Positions 28,503 to 39,458 of a DNA stretch of 64,000 nt are shown here, piece by piece (within the stretch, counting starts at the first letter, position 1; each line of letters opens with the position of its first letter). Origin of the DNA: Anaerolineae bacterium (GTDB lineage: Bacteria; Chloroflexota; Anaerolineae; Aggregatilineales; UBA2796); the NCBI GenBank assembly GCA_019637615.1, contig JAHBVJ010000003.1, positions 217,485-281,484 on the forward strand, given 5' to 3'. The notes beneath the pieces were generated by a model, which had not been told where the DNA came from, made no database searches, and worked only from the letters and a program-made list of their open reading frames with translations. Made by a program: the position numbers and the translations under genes.

Positions 28503-28529
28503 GAAGGGTGAGCGTCGAACTCACCCTTC
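28503..28529. terminator. 10-bp-stem hairpin between the convergent HK and GH16 genes
   Basis: GAAGGGTGAG-cgtcgaa-CTCACCCTTC; no U-tract on either side. Confidence 0.5.
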
Positions 28530-28555
28530 TGAAGCACTACCGATGTGAAGAAGAA

Positions 28556-30112
28556 TTATTTCGCTAGTTGATAGACGCGGACGTAATCCACCAACATCGT
28601 CTGCGGGAATACGGTGTCCTTGTTGGGGATACCGGGCCAACGACCACCAACCGCCACATTCAAAATGATGAAGAAGTCATGATCATAGACCCATTTATGC
28701 GGGCTAACGCTATCCACCGTCGTGGTTTTGGCGAGTTTGCCGTCGATATACCAGCGAATTACGTTGGGATCCCAGTCGATGGCGAAGATGTGGAAATCGT
28801 CTGCCACATCCTGTTCCATGCGATACGGGAAGCCGCGCCCACTGGTGCCGGAGTAACCGGGGCCGTGAATGGTGCCATGTACGACACGCGGTTCAAAGCC
28901 CACATTCTCCATGATGTCGATCTCGCCGCTGGCAGGCCACGACACTTGATCGATGTCCGCGCCGAGCATCCAAAAGGCAGGCCATAAGCCTTGACCACGC
29001 GGGATACGGAGACGTGCCTCGACACGACCATAGGTGAACTCGACCTTGCCTTTAGTAGTCAGGCGGGCGGATGTATATTGACACGGCCCGTAGTAGCAGC
29101 GGAATTGGTCTGGCTCGGCTTTACGCGCGACGATGGCGAGATTGCCGTTGCCATCCAACGCGGCATTGTCGGTGCTGTTGGTGTAATACTCTAATTCGGC
29201 GTTACCCCATCCATCGCCACCAAGATCGGGCACCCAATTCGCGGAATCAACGGGTGTGCCTGCCTTGCCCTCAAATTCATCTGACCACAATAGCTTCCAT
29301 TCGCGCGAGTCCCATGTGATGCTGTTATCAACGGGGATCGGCGTTTGGGTGGGCGGCAAGGCGGTTGATGCCGCCGCGACAGCATGACCAACCTCGAAGA
29401 AGATCAACTTGCCGAACAGACGGGGATTCGTGTATGACTCGTCGGTGGTGTCGAACTTTGACCAGATGAGTTTGGTATCGCGATCTCCCGCCGAAGTCGC
29501 GTTCAGATGCACCTGAAAGCCGATCTCGCCGTCGTGTTTGGGAACGATGTCCCAGATATCATTATGGAGTGGGACTGCCATTTCGACGTTGTAGCCCGTC
29601 TTGGTGAGCACCACTTTGACCTTGGCATCCGCCATATCCCCATTGACACCGCCAACAATCGTCTCGTTATCAGCCTTATCCGCGTTCAGGGGCGGCACCG
29701 CGATCTGAACGACGCCATTGACATAGCCGGGTAGATCGAAGTTGCCCGTACCGTTGATGTAGAGTTCGACGGAGTCTTCGTTCCAATAATCCGTGCCGTG
29801 TTCGCCGCTAACGATGTGATCGTCCAGCACATCACCGGAAAAATACAGATATTGGTCATCAGCAGCGGCGGCAAAGGTCACGCCCGCTTTGCCGGAGTCC
29901 GAAACCAGCTTGACCTGCGGCACGCCTTTCCAATCGCTCAAGTCGCCGTCCAGCGTAATGTTGACAGGAAACGGCGCATAGTAGGTTTCGCCCGGTACGC
30001 CCGTCGGCGCGAGTGGTTTATCGCTACCCTGCGCGTAGGTGGGCGGTAGTTTGAGCATCAGCAATAGGGCACCACTCAGAGTGAGCACCAGTATTTGACG
30101 AAAACGCAACAT
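28556..30112 (-). CDS. Secreted glycoside hydrolase family 16 (laminarinase / beta-1,3(4)-glucanase) with an N-terminal CBM9-like module
   Basis: Signal peptide MLRFRQILVLTLSGALLLMLKLPPTYAQ. GH16 catalytic motif GEIDIME. N-terminal LDGDLSDWKGVP...YWNEDSVELYI resembles CBM9/DOMON-like sugar-binding modules. Confidence 0.9.
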   Translation of the reverse strand: MLRFRQILVLTLSGALLLMLKLPPTYAQGSDKPLAPTGVPGETYYAPFPVNITLDGDLSDWKGVPQVKLVSDSGKAGVTFAAAADDQYLYFSGDVLDDHIVSGEHGTDYWNEDSVELYINGTGNFDLPGYVNGVVQIAVPPLNADKADNETIVGGVNGDMADAKVKVVLTKTGYNVEMAVPLHNDIWDIVPKHDGEIGFQVHLNATSAGDRDTKLIWSKFDTTDESYTNPRLFGKLIFFEVGHAVAAASTALPPTQTPIPVDNSITWDSREWKLLWSDEFEGKAGTPVDSANWVPDLGGDGWGNAELEYYTNSTDNAALDGNGNLAIVARKAEPDQFRCYYGPCQYTSARLTTKGKVEFTYGRVEARLRIPRGQGLWPAFWMLGADIDQVSWPASGEIDIMENVGFEPRVVHGTIHGPGYSGTSGRGFPYRMEQDVADDFHIFAIDWDPNVIRWYIDGKLAKTTTVDSVSPHKWVYDHDFFIILNVAVGGRWPGIPNKDTVFPQTMLVDYVRVYQLAK

Positions 30113-30198
30113 ATAAAATCCTTCAGAAACTAATTCTATCTATTGACGTCTTGTAGGATGAGCCTACCGTAACTAGCAGACTCATCCGTTGCATCCGT

Positions 30199-31977
30199 TT
30201 ACAGGCCAAAGCCGAACGGAAACAGTGGCCCATCGGGGTCTTGCTTGAGCGTTTTTAGCGGCAGTTGATCCATCCGGCGAGGCCACGTGTAGGACAGCTT
30301 GCCGGTGAAGGGCGCAGCACCCAATAGCACGTCCGCAACGCCGCCACCTTCCGTTCCCGGCAGCCACAGCGCGACAAAGGCATCAGCTTGCGCCAGTTCG
30401 TCGTTGATAATCAGCGGGCGACCAGAAATGAGCAGCACGATCAGCTTGTCGCAATGCTGGCGAGTTTGTTCGATAACGGCTTTGTCTTCGGCGGCGAGAT
30501 GCAGATCATTGCTATCGCCCATGCCCTCCGCATACGGCGACTCCCCGACCACGACGATCCCGACGGGCGCTTTGACACCAGCCGCAAACTTGCCCTGCTG
30601 ATCGTACGTGATGAGGGCGGGATCGGGAACACTCTGGCGCAGCCCATCGAGGATGCTCGTGCCGATGGTGGTCGCCCCGTGCGCACCGAGCCATGAAATC
30701 GTCCAGCCACCACACTGCATCCCGATGTCATCCGCGCCTCTGCCCGCAACGATCAGAGGGAGAGTTTTGGCGAGCGGAAGTACTCCCTCATTTTTCAGGA
30801 GCACAGCGGATTTGCGCACAGCTTCGCGGGCAAGCTGACGATGTTCCGCCGAACCGACTGAGGTTAGCAGATCGTCGCGACCAAAGGGCTGCTCAAACAG
30901 GCCGACCCACGCCTTCACGCGCAGGATACGGCGCACAGCATCATCGATGCGCGCTAGAGATACCGCGCCAGCTTCGACAGCCTTCTTCAAGGTGCTGATG
31001 AACAATTTGTAATCATAGGGCACCATGATCATGTCTAGTCCGGCGTTGACGGCAGTGATGACGCTGGTGGGATAATCCTTGTCAATCTGGTTGATCGCCA
31101 TCCAGTCAGAGATGACGAACCCTTGGAAGCCGAGTTCGCCCTTCAGTACATCATTGATCAGGTAGCTGTGCGCGTGCATCTTGAGTCCGAGCCAGCTTGA
31201 GAACGACACCATGATGTTTTGCGCGCCCGCCTCAATACAAGCGCGATAGGGCGGTAAGAACAACTCGCGCAGCGTCGCCTCATCCATTTCGGCATCGCCC
31301 TGATCGATGTTGTACTTGCCATCGGGTGCTTGCCAGTTGCCTGTCAGCCATTCATAGGTCTTCGAGGTGCCCCACGACGTGCCACCATCCGCGATGTAAT
31401 GCTTGACCGAAGCGAGCACGCGCGGATCGTCATCCTGTGTACCTTGAACGTAGGCGGTTCCCAACGCGGTGACGAGATCGGTATCTTCGCTGTAGCCCTC
31501 GTAGGTGCGTCCCCAGCGGATGTCCTGTGGGACGGTGACGGCTGGCGCAAAGTTGAAATGCACGTGGGTCGCCATGAGTTCGCGTGAGGTGGCGTTGGCA
31601 ATGCGCTGCACAAGATCACGATCACGCGTTGCACCGAGGCCGATGTTATGCGGGAAGATGACCGCCCCGTATACGTTGTTGTGCCCGTGAACGGCATCGA
31701 CACCGTAGATCAGCGGGATGCGCAGGCGGGTTTTGAGGGCGGCATCCTGATAAGCACGTACCATCGCCGCCCACGCAGCGGGCGTATTAGGATCAGGATT
31801 GCCACCTCCGCCGCTCAAGACCGAACCGAGGAAATAGGTAGCGACATCTTCCGGCGGAATGCTGTTCTTTTCCGCTTGCGTCATCTGACCGATTTTTTCG
31901 TCCAGCGTCATTTGCCGGAGAAGGGCATCGATGTCAGCTTCCGTTGGGCGAGAAACAGCGGGGCGCGTGGCTTGCAT
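30199..31977 (-). CDS. Glycoside hydrolase family 3 beta-glucosidase / exo-beta-glucanase
   Basis: 592 aa; GH3 N-domain with nucleophile motif GFVISDW; C-terminal alpha/beta sandwich domain. No signal peptide seen. Confidence 0.92.
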   Translation of the reverse strand: MQATRPAVSRPTEADIDALLRQMTLDEKIGQMTQAEKNSIPPEDVATYFLGSVLSGGGGNPDPNTPAAWAAMVRAYQDAALKTRLRIPLIYGVDAVHGHNNVYGAVIFPHNIGLGATRDRDLVQRIANATSRELMATHVHFNFAPAVTVPQDIRWGRTYEGYSEDTDLVTALGTAYVQGTQDDDPRVLASVKHYIADGGTSWGTSKTYEWLTGNWQAPDGKYNIDQGDAEMDEATLRELFLPPYRACIEAGAQNIMVSFSSWLGLKMHAHSYLINDVLKGELGFQGFVISDWMAINQIDKDYPTSVITAVNAGLDMIMVPYDYKLFISTLKKAVEAGAVSLARIDDAVRRILRVKAWVGLFEQPFGRDDLLTSVGSAEHRQLAREAVRKSAVLLKNEGVLPLAKTLPLIVAGRGADDIGMQCGGWTISWLGAHGATTIGTSILDGLRQSVPDPALITYDQQGKFAAGVKAPVGIVVVGESPYAEGMGDSNDLHLAAEDKAVIEQTRQHCDKLIVLLISGRPLIINDELAQADAFVALWLPGTEGGGVADVLLGAAPFTGKLSYTWPRRMDQLPLKTLKQDPDGPLFPFGFGL

Positions 31978-32046
31978 GGGGTCTCCTGAACAATAATGAA
32001 CGAACCATAACCATCATGAGTTGACTTAAGATACTCAAGGCATTCT

Positions 32047-32055
32047 ATTGTAACA
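32047..32055 (-). promoter_or_regulatory. Possible extended -10 promoter element (TGTTACAAT) for the GH3 gene
   Basis: The minus strand reads TGtTACAAT about 70 nt upstream of ATG 31977; no good -35. Confidence 0.3.
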
Positions 32056-32200
32056 GCGCTTGCCCCTAATACGCGTAAAGCTTGTGAAATCCTATTCAAA
32101 TTTCATATGTGCAAGGTGGACTCAGGTAATTGCTGATATAGTCCGAAGGCACAGGCTATTAAGATTTGATCTCCATGATTTAAACAGGAAAACAGGTGCC

Positions 32201-32497
32201 TTATTCCTCATCGTCTTCGTCGTCCCAATCATCTTCATCAAGACCGTCTTCCAGCAGCGGAATATCCTCATCGGGATATAAGGCCGCCATCGAAAAATCG
32301 TAGTATTTTTCTGGCACCACCACGCGCACGATGCCATTCAGCGCGATACCGAGCGAACTGAGCGTCGAGTCGTTCTGGATCATGGCGGGCACGCCGAGAT
32401 GTTTAAGTCTGCCAACGATGATGGCGGCTTCGTTGACGCTGAAGGGCGTCGCGACGACCATCCAATTAGGAGTCGCTTTATCGGGGAGGTTGGTCAT
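32201..32497 (-). CDS. Small DUF2007-like (putative signal-transducing) protein with an acidic tail
   Basis: 98 aa. EAAIIVGRLKHLGVPAMIQND... resembles the DUF2007 beta-alpha-beta pattern. The C-terminus is DEDDWDDEDDEE. GAGGG SD, 9 nt after the RR stop. Confidence 0.55.
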   Translation of the reverse strand: MTNLPDKATPNWMVVATPFSVNEAAIIVGRLKHLGVPAMIQNDSTLSSLGIALNGIVRVVVPEKYYDFSMAALYPDEDIPLLEDGLDEDDWDDEDDEE

Positions 32498-32506
32498 AAG
32501 CCCTCA

Positions 32507-33148
32507 CTAAGACAGGTCTTCTAGCCGGATCAAACCACGCTTCAGTGCGTAGATCGTGACCTGCGTGCGATCTCGCAAGGTGAGCTTGTCGAGGATGCTG
32601 GCGACATGGGTGCGCACGGTAGCCTCGCTCACATTCAGCGCGTTGGCGATCTCGGCGTTGTTCCAGCCGCGCGCCATGCCGTTGAACACCTCGCGCTCAC
32701 GCGCTGTCAGCGATTCCAACGGGTCGTTCGATTGTACCTGCTGCATCAACACTTGTGCAGCGGCGGGGTCGAGCATACTTTGCCCCTTGGCGACGCGCTC
32801 GATGGCCTCGACCAGCTCGGAGGAACGGCTGGCTTTGAGGATATAACCGCGCGCGCCCGCTTGCAAGGCCTGCTTGACCAGTTGGTCTTCCAGCGAGGAG
32901 GAGAGTACCAGCACCCGCGAAGGGAGGTTAAGAGTATGCAACTGGCGGATGGCCTCCACGCCGGACATACCGGGCATCAACAAGTCCATCAGGATAACAT
33001 CGGGCTTGAGGGCACGCGCCATCTGGATCGCCATTTCGCCGTCGGGGGATTCTCCGACGACATCGATGTTGGGTTGAGCGTCGAGGAGCAGCCGGAGTCC
33101 TTGCCGCACTACGGCGTGGTCGTCAACAATGAGTACACGTATGGTCAT
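32507..33148 (-). CDS. NarL/LuxR-family response regulator
   Basis: REC domain (VLIVDDH...[10 protein letters not shown]) plus C-terminal LuxR HTH (LTAREREVF...[18 protein letters not shown]). Confidence 0.95.
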   Translation of the reverse strand: MTIRVLIVDDHAVVRQGLRLLLDAQPNIDVVGESPDGEMAIQMARALKPDVILMDLLMPGMSGVEAIRQLHTLNLPSRVLVLSSSLEDQLVKQALQAGARGYILKASRSSELVEAIERVAKGQSMLDPAAAQVLMQQVQSNDPLESLTAREREVFNGMARGWNNAEIANALNVSEATVRTHVASILDKLTLRDRTQVTIYALKRGLIRLEDLS

Positions 33149-33200
33149 GATAGGTTCTTTCGGAAAGTTCTTCGTCGTGAGTGTGTAGTGCTTTGTAAAA

Positions 33201-34700
33201 TCATGATAGGGAGTTAGATTGTGTGCCGTTGACCTCAGGCGGACTCAAAGGGTCGAAATCACGATCAAGCGGGAGGATCATGCGGACGGTCGTGCCGCGA
33301 TCCGTATCGCTCTCGATAACAAGGGTACCGCCTACTGATTGCGCCCGTTCGCGCATACCTAACAGGCCAAATTTGCCCGTTTTGGTCGCCGTATCGGGAT
33401 CGAAGCCGGGGCCGTTGTCCGTCACGCTGAGAGTGATCTTGCGCGGAGCTTCCACGAGCGAGACATGTACCGAGCTGGCGTTGGCGTGCTTGGCGATGTT
33501 GCTCAATGCCTCCTGAGTTACCCTGAAAATCACGTCTTCAACACTGGTCGGGACATATTTGCCCGTCAGCATGGCGCTGTAATCGGCGCTGACACGATGG
33601 ACATTCTGCCATTCATCGCAGAGCGTTTCCATCGCTTCGTTAAGGCCGCGCTGTAAAACACTGGTTGGGCGCAGTTCGACCAATAAGGCGCGCAGATCGA
33701 GTAAGGTTTGCTCGGCAAGGCTGGCAATGGCTTTGGCTTGCTGGACGCCCTGCGCTTGATCGCGTGCGATTAGGTCGGGCAGGGTGGAGGTGCTGACGGA
33801 TAGACTAAAGAGACGCTGCGCAATCGCGTCGTGCAGATCGCGCGAGAGGCGTACGCGTTCCGCCTGAATCGCGACTTGTTCCACCTGACGGGCGAGATCG
33901 GCGTTGCGCTGTGCCATATCGCGCAGGACGGAGACATTCTGTTGGAGCGTGTCCGCCATGTCATCGAACTGACGCGCGAGTTCACCCGCTTTGTCCGGCG
34001 TGGTGTCGTGGACACGGGCGGTAAAATCGCCGTTGGCAAACTGCTTGCTGGTTCTAGTGATGTTGCCGATTCGCCGCGCTAAGGGACGCACCGTCAGCAA
34101 TGACAGCACCAACCCCACCGGAATCGCGATGATCGCCATTGCCGCCGCTACGGCAAGGGTGAATTTGCCCGTACCGTAAATCTGGAAGCCGGGGATGAGC
34201 AACGAAAGTTCCGGCGCACGCGGAATGCCGATGCGGGCGAAGGCACGCTGTCCCGTGATGACGTCGATAACGCTTTCCACCCACCGCTTCCCATCCTTGT
34301 CATACAGATGTTCACCGGGGGGAAGCACCGCCAGATCGGGCGCGCATTCTTTCAACTGCATCTTGGCGCGGCAGGTTGTATCGCCATGGGTGAAGAGGAC
34401 TTCGCCCTCCTTGGTCGCCACTACGAAAAAGCCTTCGGCGGGGGAAAAGGCGCTTGGCTCCATCGGCTGACCATCGGGCGTGCCAAGCAGCCAATAGGTG
34501 ACGCCCATAATCGCCGTCCCTTGATATTGGTCTACCGTGATGTTCTGAATGCCGATGAACAGCAGTAGGACGATGAACAATGAGCCGATGATGCTGGCGA
34601 TTGCCGCAACTAGGACTTGACTGAACACTAACCGTGTGGTGATGGAACTGAACAGGGCACGAATACGCCGCATGGCTGCCTCGTAGGAACTGGAATCCAT
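33201..34700 (-). CDS. Membrane sensor histidine kinase (HAMP + HisKA_3 + HATPase; NarX/LiaS class)
   Basis: Two TM segments flank a periplasmic region of about 150 aa. HAMP, H-box SRDLHDAIAQ, and G boxes DNGPGF and FGLLGMRER. Confidence 0.9.
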   Translation of the reverse strand: MDSSSYEAAMRRIRALFSSITTRLVFSQVLVAAIASIIGSLFIVLLLFIGIQNITVDQYQGTAIMGVTYWLLGTPDGQPMEPSAFSPAEGFFVVATKEGEVLFTHGDTTCRAKMQLKECAPDLAVLPPGEHLYDKDGKRWVESVIDVITGQRAFARIGIPRAPELSLLIPGFQIYGTGKFTLAVAAAMAIIAIPVGLVLSLLTVRPLARRIGNITRTSKQFANGDFTARVHDTTPDKAGELARQFDDMADTLQQNVSVLRDMAQRNADLARQVEQVAIQAERVRLSRDLHDAIAQRLFSLSVSTSTLPDLIARDQAQGVQQAKAIASLAEQTLLDLRALLVELRPTSVLQRGLNEAMETLCDEWQNVHRVSADYSAMLTGKYVPTSVEDVIFRVTQEALSNIAKHANASSVHVSLVEAPRKITLSVTDNGPGFDPDTATKTGKFGLLGMRERAQSVGGTLVIESDTDRGTTVRMILPLDRDFDPLSPPEVNGTQSNSLS

Positions 34701-34817
34701 GTTTGCATGGTCTTGTAAATATTAGTATAGAGGTAGTGGTCAGCCGACGCTTAGGTGGAATGTGCAAATTTTCTCCACAAAATGTGGACATGGTGACTAG
34801 ACTGTGCTCAGTTCTGA

Positions 34818-34846
34818 TGAAAGAAAAGGGGCGATGGTTCGCCCCT
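34818..34846 (-). terminator. Rho-independent terminator downstream of the Ser/Thr kinase gene
   Basis: AGGGGCGA-tggt-TCGCCCCT; on the minus strand it is followed by TTTTCTTTC. Confidence 0.7.
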
Positions 34847-34864
34847 AAGTCAGCCTGATAGACG

Positions 34865-34898
34865 CCCCATCCGCCGAAGTAGTCCGGTGCGGATGGGG
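34865..34898 (-). terminator. Additional 10-bp-stem hairpin immediately after the kinase stop codon
   Basis: CCCCATCCGC-N14-GCGGATGGGG, ending 1 nt from the stop at 34900-34902. Confidence 0.45.
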
Positions 34899-34899
34899 A

Positions 34900-37677
34900 T
34901 TACGGACGCTGATCGATGATGAGGTAATCGAAGCGCGCGCCAAAACTACGCGGATCAGGATCAATGGTGATGGCCTTGGGCACCTCGAAGGTAATGACGG
35001 TGAAGCCGATGGACTTTTTCAAGGTAGCGACTGGAATGAAGGCCGTGGCATTGCTGACCTTGCTGCCTTCGCGCCGTCCGGGTTGGAGCGTGATCGGATC
35101 GCCGTTAACGGTCATGGTTAGCCCATTGAGTTGATCTTGATCTTCCGCCAAGGCGCGGAATTGGAGACGCAACTCGTTATCCGAGGGCAGATGGAGCAGA
35201 ATTGACGCACTAGCACCATGCATCCATTGATAGGTTGTGGTGGCTGGTTTTTCGGGCGCGTACCAATGAATACCGGGGACGGGCACATCGAAATCGAGGC
35301 GCAAAGGCAGTTCCGCGATGGATTCATTTTCGATACGCAGCGAATTCATGGCAAAGGCCAACGTTCCCGTCTGACTGCTATCTTCCAGCAGGAAGGCTAA
35401 TGGCACATCACCGCCGAGCGCGGCGATGGTCTCACCACGAATCAAGGCTACATTCTCGGTGCCGCTGTCGGTGGTGCGCTGGTAGAACGGCACCGGCTGA
35501 CCGCCGACCGAGAGCCGTAGGTGATCGATCAGCACTGGCAGCAGGGTATCGGGCTGCGCATAGTTAATCTTGAACGCCAGCAGCGTATCGGCGCTTGGTA
35601 AGGTCAGGCGGAGGACGGCGGATGGCCCATCTGACCAGACGATGGTTTGCCCGTTGCCATCTTTTTCCGGCATCTTCCAGCCTGTGCCGGGGACAGGACG
35701 GTCAAAATCAAATTCTCCGAGTCCGATAGGCTGCGGCGTCGGCGTGAAGGTGGCGGTAAACGTCGCTGTCGGAGTCTCGGTGAAGGTCGCCGTCGGCGTG
35801 AACGTAAAAGTGGCGGTAGGCGTCGGGGTGAAGGTTGCCGTGTTGGAAGGTGTGAAGGTTGCCGTCGGTGTGAAGGTATTGCTTGGCGTCGGCGTTTGCG
35901 TCCAGAAGGTGGCGGTTTGCGTTTCGCCCGCGATCTGGGTACTGAGGGCAAGCGCCGTTTCCTCAACCGCGTTGAGCGTGGCGGTGAAGGTAGGCGACGG
36001 TGTGATGGTATTGGTCAGCGTTAGCGTTGCTGTCGCCGTCGCAGTGGGCGTCAGCGTGGCAGTGAACGTCGCACTCGGCGTGAACGTGAAAGTCGGCAAG
36101 ATTACCACCGCGCCCGACTCCGGCGTGTTGGTGCCTGTGGCAGCGGCTTCAGTGGTGGCGGACGTGGGTTCCGAGGTTGACTCGGCATTGGTCGGGATGC
36201 CACTCGCGCGCGCACTGTTGTTGGTGGCTAAGGCTGATAACTTGGTGCCTTCGGCAGATAGCGCCGCATCAGTCGGGTCAAGGGTCGGTTGTAGGCTGGT
36301 CACGGTCTTGGTGATGCTATCAAGCGTTTGCGTCACGTTGAGGGCGACAACAACGGCAGTTTGCTCATAGGCGGCGGTGCTGGTGCCAGCCATGAGAGTG
36401 CTGACGGCTTGATCCGTGTTCAGCGCTTGCCCTTGCTGAGAAAGCAGTAAGAAGATCAGCCCGCCGACCACTAGAATCGCGACCAAGATCGCCGCGATCA
36501 AAACCGAGCGCCGACTGCGTTTCGGCTCGTCGTAGGTGCCCATATGCACGGGCGGGTTGTTGGTAGTGTTTTGCTGGCGAACGGCGTCGCGAACCGCAGA
36601 AGCCACATCGCCCAGATACGGATTGGTAGCATCACCGGCGGCACCTACATTCGTCCGGTCGTCCGCGCGTGGCGATGGTGGCGGTGGCTTGGGTTGCGCG
36701 ATCTCTGACGGGGCTTTGTTCAGGAGCGGCGTCGGTGTGGCTGCTTGCGGGGGCAGCGCTGCCATCAAGGATGGTTTCTTCGGCAGTTGGAAAGTGAAGA
36801 ATCCCGTCGGGACGCCGCTGGAGCCGCGAATCGAGCGATCAAACGCCTTGGACATTTCGGTCACTGTAGGAAAGCGATCAGTGGCCTTCTTGGCTATCGA
36901 CCGTTCGATGACCGCACTGACTTCTTGCGGGATGTCGGGACGCACCTCATGCACCGGAATAGGCATTTCGTTGACGTGCTTATTCATCATGGCGTAGGGC
37001 GCATTGGGCGGTGCTTCGAAGGCCGGACGTCCCGTGAGCAGCGTGTAGACGACCAATCCCATCGCGTATTGATCAATCGCCGCTGTCAGGGTTTCGCCGC
37101 GCCACTGCTCCGGCGACATGTAGGCGATGGTGCCCATCGAGGTACCGGGAGCCGTTAGCCCTTCGAGCGCGGTATTCATGGGCTTGGCGATGCCGAAATC
37201 GACCAAGAAGGCCGTGCCCTGATCATCAAACATGATGTTGCTCGGCTTGATGTCACGGTGGATAACGCCCTGTGCATGAGCGTAGTCGAGCGCGCTGCCG
37301 ACCTGCCGCAAGAGATCGGCAATTTCACCGAGTGAGAGCAACTGCTGCGCGGTTGACTGACGCTGCTTGACGCGCTCTGCCAGCGTGCCGCCCCGCAGCA
37401 AACGCATCACTACGTAGTTGATGCCGCGCTGCGTACCGAAGTCGATGATGGGAATGATATGGGGATGTTCAAGTGCAGCCGCAATCTGCGCTTCACGGTT
37501 GAAACGCTCGATGTAGCCTTCTTCGTCTACCAAATGGGTTAACAGCACTTTGACGGCTACGCTGCGGTTAAGGTTGGGCTGATAGCCTAGATAGACCGCC
37601 CCCATGCCCCCTGCACCGATCAATTCGCGCAGCTCAAACTGCCCTAATGTTTGCCCCTTCAGGCTTTGGAAGCTCAT
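34900..37677 (-). CDS. Transmembrane Ser/Thr protein kinase (Hanks type) with a long repetitive extracellular region
   Basis: Kinase motifs GAGGMGAVY, VAVK, HRDIKPSN, DFG, SPE. One TM (VLIAAILVAILVVGGLIFLLL). A Thr/Phe/Pro repeat tract, then two related modules of about 135 aa. Confidence 0.92.
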   Translation of the reverse strand: MSFQSLKGQTLGQFELRELIGAGGMGAVYLGYQPNLNRSVAVKVLLTHLVDEEGYIERFNREAQIAAALEHPHIIPIIDFGTQRGINYVVMRLLRGGTLAERVKQRQSTAQQLLSLGEIADLLRQVGSALDYAHAQGVIHRDIKPSNIMFDDQGTAFLVDFGIAKPMNTALEGLTAPGTSMGTIAYMSPEQWRGETLTAAIDQYAMGLVVYTLLTGRPAFEAPPNAPYAMMNKHVNEMPIPVHEVRPDIPQEVSAVIERSIAKKATDRFPTVTEMSKAFDRSIRGSSGVPTGFFTFQLPKKPSLMAALPPQAATPTPLLNKAPSEIAQPKPPPPSPRADDRTNVGAAGDATNPYLGDVASAVRDAVRQQNTTNNPPVHMGTYDEPKRSRRSVLIAAILVAILVVGGLIFLLLSQQGQALNTDQAVSTLMAGTSTAAYEQTAVVVALNVTQTLDSITKTVTSLQPTLDPTDAALSAEGTKLSALATNNSARASGIPTNAESTSEPTSATTEAAATGTNTPESGAVVILPTFTFTPSATFTATLTPTATATATLTLTNTITPSPTFTATLNAVEETALALSTQIAGETQTATFWTQTPTPSNTFTPTATFTPSNTATFTPTPTATFTFTPTATFTETPTATFTATFTPTPQPIGLGEFDFDRPVPGTGWKMPEKDGNGQTIVWSDGPSAVLRLTLPSADTLLAFKINYAQPDTLLPVLIDHLRLSVGGQPVPFYQRTTDSGTENVALIRGETIAALGGDVPLAFLLEDSSQTGTLAFAMNSLRIENESIAELPLRLDFDVPVPGIHWYAPEKPATTTYQWMHGASASILLHLPSDNELRLQFRALAEDQDQLNGLTMTVNGDPITLQPGRREGSKVSNATAFIPVATLKKSIGFTVITFEVPKAITIDPDPRSFGARFDYLIIDQRP
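35731..36100 (-). repeat. Coding low-complexity tandem repeats (TPTATFT-type) within the kinase gene
   Basis: The protein reads TFTFTPSATFTATLTPTATATATLTLT...TFTPTATFTPSNTATFTPTPTATFTFTPTATFTETPTATFTATFTPTP. The DNA shows imperfect GGTGAAGGT/GGCGTCGG periodicity. Confidence 0.85.
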
Positions 37678-37788
37678 TGATCAATCAATCCTATCTTGCG
37701 ACTCTTCGGCTCAATTGAATACGGACGGGCTGCATTTTCCTCAATGATACAGAGTTTGAGGCGAGTGTGCTATGGAAAGGGCGACAAA

Positions 37789-37814
37789 CAGGGTAGTGTT
37801 GTGCAGCTACCCTG
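37789..37814 (-). terminator. Terminator-like hairpin downstream of xylB
   Basis: CAGGGTAG-N10-CTACCCTG; on the minus strand it is followed by TTTGTCGCCCTTT. Confidence 0.55.
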
Positions 37815-37855
37815 TTCCGGTTAGCAGATTGTTAGCATAAACAGAATCCAGCGCG

Positions 37856-39349
<1,494 letters not shown>

Positions 39350-39458
39350 GTAAATCGTCCTTAGCTTGAAAACAAGAATGCGCAAACAACAGGGATTATT
39401 GTAACAAGCAGTACGCGAGTCCACAGAGGCGAAAACGAATGATGGTGGCGAGGGCGAC

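Noticed and set aside
35570-36370. 266-aa plus-strand ORF reading VAVNVAVGVSVKVAVGV...
   Set aside because: It is the mirror image of the Thr-Phe-Thr repeat codons of the kinase gene. The kinase frame is continuous with its flanking domains.
39350-39424. Upstream in-frame extension of the xylB ORF. Similar extensions exist for rpiB (12706-12759), sucA (44434-44508), the LysM gene (9288-9332) and grpE (4836-4913).
   Set aside because: In each case an internal ATG preceded by a good SD reproduces the canonical family N-terminus.
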